A stretch of DNA of 64,000 nucleotides. Source: a bacterium. Lineage in GTDB: Bacteria; Patescibacteriota; Dojkabacteria; SC72. The stretch is from the NCBI GenBank assembly GCA_021108295.1, contig JAIORF010000102.1, positions 295,963 through 359,962 on the forward strand, given 5' to 3'. The translations under genes and the position numbers were made by a program. The notes below the pieces were generated by a model that did no database searches, was not told the DNA's origin, and saw only the letters and a program-made list of their open reading frames with translations. Shown in pieces: positions 59,198 to 64,000 of the stretch (its first letter is position 1; each line of letters starts with the position of its first letter).

Positions 59198-62155
59198 CTA
59201 CTTCTCAACCGTCAGAGAAACCTTTGCTTTACCCAACTCAAACCTATTACCAACTACACTATCCCCTACCTCAAAACAACTCAACTTCAAATCTTTTTGA
59301 TTTTCACTAAGATATTTCTCTACAATACCCCTAACTTCATCCTCATCAATATTAACAACAAGTTTTATACTATCCTCATAATTAATACCCTCCCCCTTCT
59401 TCCTAGCATTCTGATACTTCCTTACAAAATCATTTATATACCCCTCACTCACAAGCTCCTCTGTTAGATTAATATCCAATGAGACATACTTCTCGTACTC
59501 ACCAATTGTAACAAGACCCTCAACTGGCTTCTCACTATACTCTATCTCTTTTACATTGAGCTCTGATTGTACAATATCTCTAAGAAACTCTTTCTCAATT
59601 GCTACATATACCTTAGACAAAGGTTGTCTTAATTTGAGACCATTATCCTCCCTAATCTTAAGACCATTAGAACATATCTCTCTAACTACCTCCATCTCTC
59701 TTAACAACTCCACATCTATATCTTTCTGTTGAAATACAGGATAATCCTCCAGATGCACAGACTCCAATGCTCCATCTACCCCAGTCTTTACTACAAGATT
59801 TTGATACATCTCTTCAGTAAGAAACGGCATCTGTGGTGCAAATGTTTTAGCAAACAAAACCATAGTTGCATAAAGAGTTTGTAAAGCATCTGTATTACCA
59901 TCTGCAAACCTACCCCTAGACCGTCTAATCCACCACTTAGATATATTATCAATACACGGCTGAATTAACTTCACAGACGCAGGAATATTGTACTCCTCTA
60001 AAGCCTCTGCATATTTCTGAGTAGTCTGCTTCATATATGATTCAATCCACTTATCTAATTTCTCTTCAGAAGTAAATTCTGTAGTAGTTGGCGCCCAATC
60101 ATGCATATTGCTATACAAAGATAGATATCTATAGGTATTCCAAATCGGAATTAACACATCCTTGACCTGATCATTTAAAATATCATCTGACCAATGAATA
60201 TCTCCACCTACCATTATTGAGGAGGACATGATATACAATCGCAATGCCTCACCACCCTTCTCTTCTAAAACAAGTCTAGGATCAGGGTAATTCTCGTACG
60301 ACTTACTCATCTTCCTACCATCATTACCGAACATAACCCCAGTACAAATTACATTCTTATACGGCACATCATCAAAAAGCATTAGAGACATTCTAAAGAG
60401 GACATTAAACCATGCTCTAATCTGTCCAGTATATTCAACAATGAAGTCAGCTGGGTATGCCTGTTCGAAAGCTTCTTTGTTTTCAAATGGATAGTGATGC
60501 TCTGCAAAAGGTACACTACCAGAATCCATCCAACAATCTAATACCTCAGGAATTCTGTGATACTCTTTACCATCTTTCTTAAACACCAATTTATCACACA
60601 CATCCCTATGAAGTGTCATTTTCTTACCCTCAATCCTATACTCCACCTTCCCATCCTCAGTATTAATCTTTTCAATTTGATCAGTATACTCCATCATCTC
60701 TTCTATACTTCCTACCACTATCTGCTCTCCATCTTTACTTTCCCATACTGGCATAACAGTTGCCCAGTATCTACTTCTTGAAATTGCCCAATCAGGAGCA
60801 GTTTCCAATACATTCTTAAATCTTTTCTTAAATGTCTCTGGTATCCAATTTATCTTCTCCTGTAATTTAAGCATCTTAGGTTTAATTTCCTGAATATCTA
60901 CAAAATATGAATCTTGAGACATATATATCAATGGGTTCTTACCTCTGTAGAACGGTAACCTATGCACATATTTCTCACTTCGAAGTAGCTTCCCTTGCTT
61001 TTCTAAATCCTTAGCAACCATAGGGGAAGCATCCCGAATGTATACACCCTTCCAATTTCCATCTAACATATTCCCTGCTTCATCTATATGTACTACATCA
61101 CTTAGCCCCCACTCCTTCCCTAAATTGAAATCCACTTCACCAAATCCAGGTGCTACATGCAATATTCCAGTACCCTCATCCTCAATTACTTCATCCGAAA
61201 GATACACCTTCCAGTCTTTCTCACTAACCTTGTCTACAAAGAAGTCATATGCCGGCTCATACTCGAAACCTTCCAACTCTTTTCCTTTAAGTTCATGTAC
61301 TACCTCATACTCTTCTTCACCAAAGGTATACTCCAATCTACTTGTAGCTACTACTAGGTACTCATCCTTAAACTTCACTATGGAGTAATCAAGATCCTCG
61401 TTCACAACCAAAGCAAAGTTTGCAGGTATAGTCCATGGGGTCGTTGTCCAAACAAGAAGTCTAAGTGGTTTCTTATTTGTATATTTATCAAACTCTTTTG
61501 TCTTAAGCGAAAACTTCACAAATATTGAAAGATCTTCTACATCTTCATAGGTGTCATCCATAGTGACTTCAAAGTTTGATACTGGTGTACAGGTATCTGT
61601 TGAATACATAGAAACTCTTTTCCCTTTGTATATCAAATCCTTATCCCAAATCTGTTTGAAGGCCCATATTACAGACTCATTAAATTCTGGATCCATAGTC
61701 CTGTATGCATTATCCAAATCTACCCATCTACCTAATTTCTCGATATACCATCTCCAGTCCGAAATCCCTTGTTCAACATATGCTCTACACTCCTGTACAT
61801 ACTTATCTACCCCTATCCTTGTCTCCACATCCACCCTATCTTTTACTTCCAACTTCTTATTCACTCTTGCCTCAATTGGTAATCCATGACAATCCCATCC
61901 CCACACTCTTCGCACCCTATATCCTTTCATTGTCCAATATCTTGGGATTATATCCTTAGGTATTGATACCAACAATGATCCGTAGTGTGGAGTACCTGTA
62001 ACAAATGGAGGACCATCTACAAATGAATATCTCTTATCCTCTGACCTATTCTCAATACTCTTCTTAAAGATATTTCCCTTTTTCCAAAACTCATTTATCC
62101 TATCTTCCATCACACTAAACTGTGCTCTTGGATTTACTTCTGGTATTTTTCCCAT
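59198..62155 (-). CDS. ileS: isoleucine--tRNA ligase (type 2, eukaryote/archaea-like)
   Basis: FVDGPPFVTGTPHYGSLL (HIGH-region variant of type-2 IleRS). KMSKS (GRKMSKSYENYPDP). 985 aa. Confidence 0.9.
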   Translation of the reverse strand: MGKIPEVNPRAQFSVMEDRINEFWKKGNIFKKSIENRSEDKRYSFVDGPPFVTGTPHYGSLLVSIPKDIIPRYWTMKGYRVRRVWGWDCHGLPIEARVNKKLEVKDRVDVETRIGVDKYVQECRAYVEQGISDWRWYIEKLGRWVDLDNAYRTMDPEFNESVIWAFKQIWDKDLIYKGKRVSMYSTDTCTPVSNFEVTMDDTYEDVEDLSIFVKFSLKTKEFDKYTNKKPLRLLVWTTTPWTIPANFALVVNEDLDYSIVKFKDEYLVVATSRLEYTFGEEEYEVVHELKGKELEGFEYEPAYDFFVDKVSEKDWKVYLSDEVIEDEGTGILHVAPGFGEVDFNLGKEWGLSDVVHIDEAGNMLDGNWKGVYIRDASPMVAKDLEKQGKLLRSEKYVHRLPFYRGKNPLIYMSQDSYFVDIQEIKPKMLKLQEKINWIPETFKKRFKNVLETAPDWAISRSRYWATVMPVWESKDGEQIVVGSIEEMMEYTDQIEKINTEDGKVEYRIEGKKMTLHRDVCDKLVFKKDGKEYHRIPEVLDCWMDSGSVPFAEHHYPFENKEAFEQAYPADFIVEYTGQIRAWFNVLFRMSLMLFDDVPYKNVICTGVMFGNDGRKMSKSYENYPDPRLVLEEKGGEALRLYIMSSSIMVGGDIHWSDDILNDQVKDVLIPIWNTYRYLSLYSNMHDWAPTTTEFTSEEKLDKWIESYMKQTTQKYAEALEEYNIPASVKLIQPCIDNISKWWIRRSRGRFADGNTDALQTLYATMVLFAKTFAPQMPFLTEEMYQNLVVKTGVDGALESVHLEDYPVFQQKDIDVELLREMEVVREICSNGLKIREDNGLKLRQPLSKVYVAIEKEFLRDIVQSELNVKEIEYSEKPVEGLVTIGEYEKYVSLDINLTEELVSEGYINDFVRKYQNARKKGEGINYEDSIKLVVNIDEDEVRGIVEKYLSENQKDLKLSCFEVGDSVVGNRFELGKAKVSLTVEK

Positions 62156-62159
62156 TTGA

Positions 62160-62420
62160 TTACTTTTAATATTATTTAAACAAAAAGCCCCTCATTAGAA
62201 ACTAATATACTTTAACATATTAATCTCTAACAAGGGGCGTATTTTACGCGGTACCACCCTTAGTTCTAAATTACATTACTGTAATCTACTTTTAAACCAC
62301 CTACATGGTTTGGATATATTTCGGTTATCTTCCGTTAGATTCTACTTACCCTAAGGCTTTCTTTCCACCACTCACCAGTGATAGCTGGGTCAATGTGTTA
62401 ACAAATTATATCACACCAAG
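62160..62420 (-). promoter_or_regulatory. T-box riboswitch leader upstream of ileS
   Basis: Minus-strand RNA contains AACUAAGGGUGGUACCGCG (forward 62247-62265), matching the T-box consensus AAUUAGGGUGGNACCGCG. It is immediately followed by the terminator helix GCCCCUUGUUAGA...UCUAAUGAGGGGC and CUUUUUGUUU. Leader length to the ATG is ~245 nt. Confidence 0.7.
62178..62239 (-). terminator. T-box leader intrinsic terminator
   Basis: Hairpin gcccctcattaga...tctaacaaggggc (62187-62239) with the U-run at 62178-62186 on the minus strand. Confidence 0.6.
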
Positions 62421-62433
62421 CCTGGCATAGGAA
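62405..62433. promoter_or_regulatory. copy B of GCCTGGCATAGG element with extended -10 TGATATAAT oriented toward the ileS T-box leader
   Basis: Minus-strand reading CCTATGCCAGGCTTGGTGTGATATAATTTGT. Confidence 0.5.
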
Positions 62434-62490
62434 TTTATTCTGTTGTATAGGGGGAAAAGAAGCAAATATACGCTTAAACCACACTATAGG

Positions 62491-62525
62491 AGGCCTATGC
62501 CAGGCCTGCTGTGATATACTGTCCT
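62491..62525. promoter_or_regulatory. copy C of the element (inverted relative to B) with extended -10 TGATATACT oriented toward pepF
   Basis: Forward GGCCTATGCCAGGCCTGCTGTGATATACTGTCCTC, then ATG at 62527. Confidence 0.5.
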
Positions 62526-62526
62526 C

Positions 62527-64000
62527 ATGAATTGGAATCTAAAACTTCTTTACAAGGGTCTTGATGATCCCCAGATAGACAAGGATATTGAGCTATCTAC
62601 TCGGGCTGTTAACACCTTCATCTCAAACTGGAAAGGGAACAAGGAATATCTTAAAGACATCTCTACCCTCAAAAAAGCATTAGATGAGAAAGAACAGCTT
62701 TTCACAAAGTATGGGATATTAACAAAGCCCCACTACTACCTATTTCTTAGGAAGGAAACTGACTTAAACAATACGGAGCTCAAGGCAAGGATTAACAAAA
62801 TTTCTCAAAAAGGGATTAGATTAGGAAATGACTTGCAGTTTTTCTCTATAGATCTGTCTAAAATACCAAAGGCTCAACAAGAAATCTTTATAAATGCTAC
62901 AGAGCTTAGAGAGTACAAACATTACTTAGAAACACTTTTTGCGAATGCTAAATATATCCTCACAGACAAGGAGGAAAAGGTCTTTAATCTTACTGCTAGC
63001 ACGTCTTTTGGGAATTGGACTCGTATGATAGAAGAGCTACTTTCGAAACAGAGCGTTACGATAATTGATGAGGAGCAAAAGAGAAAGAAAGTCTCTTACA
63101 ATGAGATCTCTAAGTATCTTGATTCTACAAACAAGAGTGTAAGAGACAAAGCAGCTAAGGAGTTGAACAAAGTAAACAAGAAATATATTGAAATTGCGGA
63201 GTATGAGATGAATTCCATACTGGAAAGAAAACAGATAGGTGATGAGTACAGAGGGATTGAGAGAGTAGATCTTTCAAGACATTTGAGTGACGATATGGAT
63301 AGTGAAGTGGTAGATAGTTTGGTGGAGGTAGTTACTAAGAATTTCGATATATCAAAAGCTTACTACAAGAAGAAAGCCAAGATGCTAAAACAAAAAACTC
63401 TTGGATATCATGAGAGAAATGTACCTGTAGGAAAGATAGATACGAAGTATGATTTTGATACAAGTATTGCCCTAGTTAAGAAAGTGTTTGGTAATCTAGA
63501 CTCTGAGTTTGAGAAAATTGTAAAAGACTTTGAAAAGAATGGTCAGTTTGATGTGTTTCCTAAGGCTAACAAAAGTGGTGGTGCATATTGTATTTCTACG
63601 AATAAGAACTTACCTACATATCTACTGCTTAATCATAATGGGAAGCTAAACGATGTCCTCACTATCGCTCATGAGTCTGGTCATGGTATTCATTCGGAGT
63701 TGGTAAAAGGACAAAATTCTTTTAACGACGGCTATTCTCTAGCACTGGCAGAAGTAGCTAGTACATTCTTTGAAGACTTTGTATTGAAAGAAGTTTTAGA
63801 AGATATTAAAGATGAGAAACTGAGAAAGGTTGTTTTAATGGAAAGAAGGAATGGGGATATTAGTACGATATTTAGACAGGTAGCTTTCTATAATTTCGAA
63901 ATGGAACTACATACAACCTTTCGAGAGAAAGGATATCTTTCCCATAGTGAAATCTCTGATATCTTTGTAAAGCATATGGTGTCTTACTTAGGGGATAGTG
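62527..64000 (+). CDS. pepF: oligoendopeptidase F / M3-family metallopeptidase (partial; runs off window end)
   Basis: MNWNLKLLYKG... The open frame reaches the window end. Zinc motif IAHESGHGIH (HEXXH). Confidence 0.8.
   Translation, partial: MNWNLKLLYKGLDDPQIDKDIELSTRAVNTFISNWKGNKEYLKDISTLKKALDEKEQLFTKYGILTKPHYYLFLRKETDLNNTELKARINKISQKGIRLGNDLQFFSIDLSKIPKAQQEIFINATELREYKHYLETLFANAKYILTDKEEKVFNLTASTSFGNWTRMIEELLSKQSVTIIDEEQKRKKVSYNEISKYLDSTNKSVRDKAAKELNKVNKKYIEIAEYEMNSILERKQIGDEYRGIERVDLSRHLSDDMDSEVVDSLVEVVTKNFDISKAYYKKKAKMLKQKTLGYHERNVPVGKIDTKYDFDTSIALVKKVFGNLDSEFEKIVKDFEKNGQFDVFPKANKSGGAYCISTNKNLPTYLLLNHNGKLNDVLTIAHESGHGIHSELVKGQNSFNDGYSLALAEVASTFFEDFVLKEVLEDIKDEKLRKVVLMERRNGDISTIFRQVAFYNFEMELHTTFREKGYLSHSEISDIFVKHMVSYLGDS

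Overview
This is an AT-rich (~35% GC) bacterial chromosomal segment, densely packed with housekeeping genes that are often shorter than their usual homologs. Several proteins carry Lys-rich tails, Shine-Dalgarno motifs are largely absent, and iPGM, SLT-like, DUF218 and sigma-70 genes each occur as a paralog pair. This pattern is compatible with a small-genome, possibly CPR/Patescibacteria-like anaerobe, but that is inference only. Identified genes include dnaE (partial), a long minus-strand division cluster (tRNA-Phe/tRNA-Gly, two sigma-70 paralogs, ftsQ-ftsA-ftsZ-ftsW, rplU, a THUMP methyltransferase, rpmA, an rlmB-like gene), parAB, ftsEX with a coiled-coil M23 protein, gatA and gatBC, ileS, trpS, ddl, uppP, lepB, prfB, rnhB, mnmA, hpf, dfx and nine tRNAs. 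UGA is used as a stop codon and RF2 is present, so the genetic code is 11. The signals most worth follow-up are: (1) a classic ribosome-mediated attenuator upstream of trpS, whose 18-codon leader ORF has tandem Trp codons sitting on mutually exclusive hairpins; (2) a T-box leader with a consensus AGGGUGGUACCGCG box and terminator upstream of ileS; (3) a ~25-bp element (core GCCTGGCATAGG) present three times, always intergenic and 8-11 nt from an extended -10, apparently driving leaderless or near-leaderless transcripts; (4) two tandem, divergent sigma-70 paralogs that share a 129-nt perfectly identical patch and a conserved 5'-UTR motif; (5) an FtsEX-linked M23 peptidase whose catalytic motifs appear circularly permuted; (6) a ~50% GC gene beside tRNA-Asn encoding a secreted protein with three 240-bp tandem repeats, which looks horizontally acquired.
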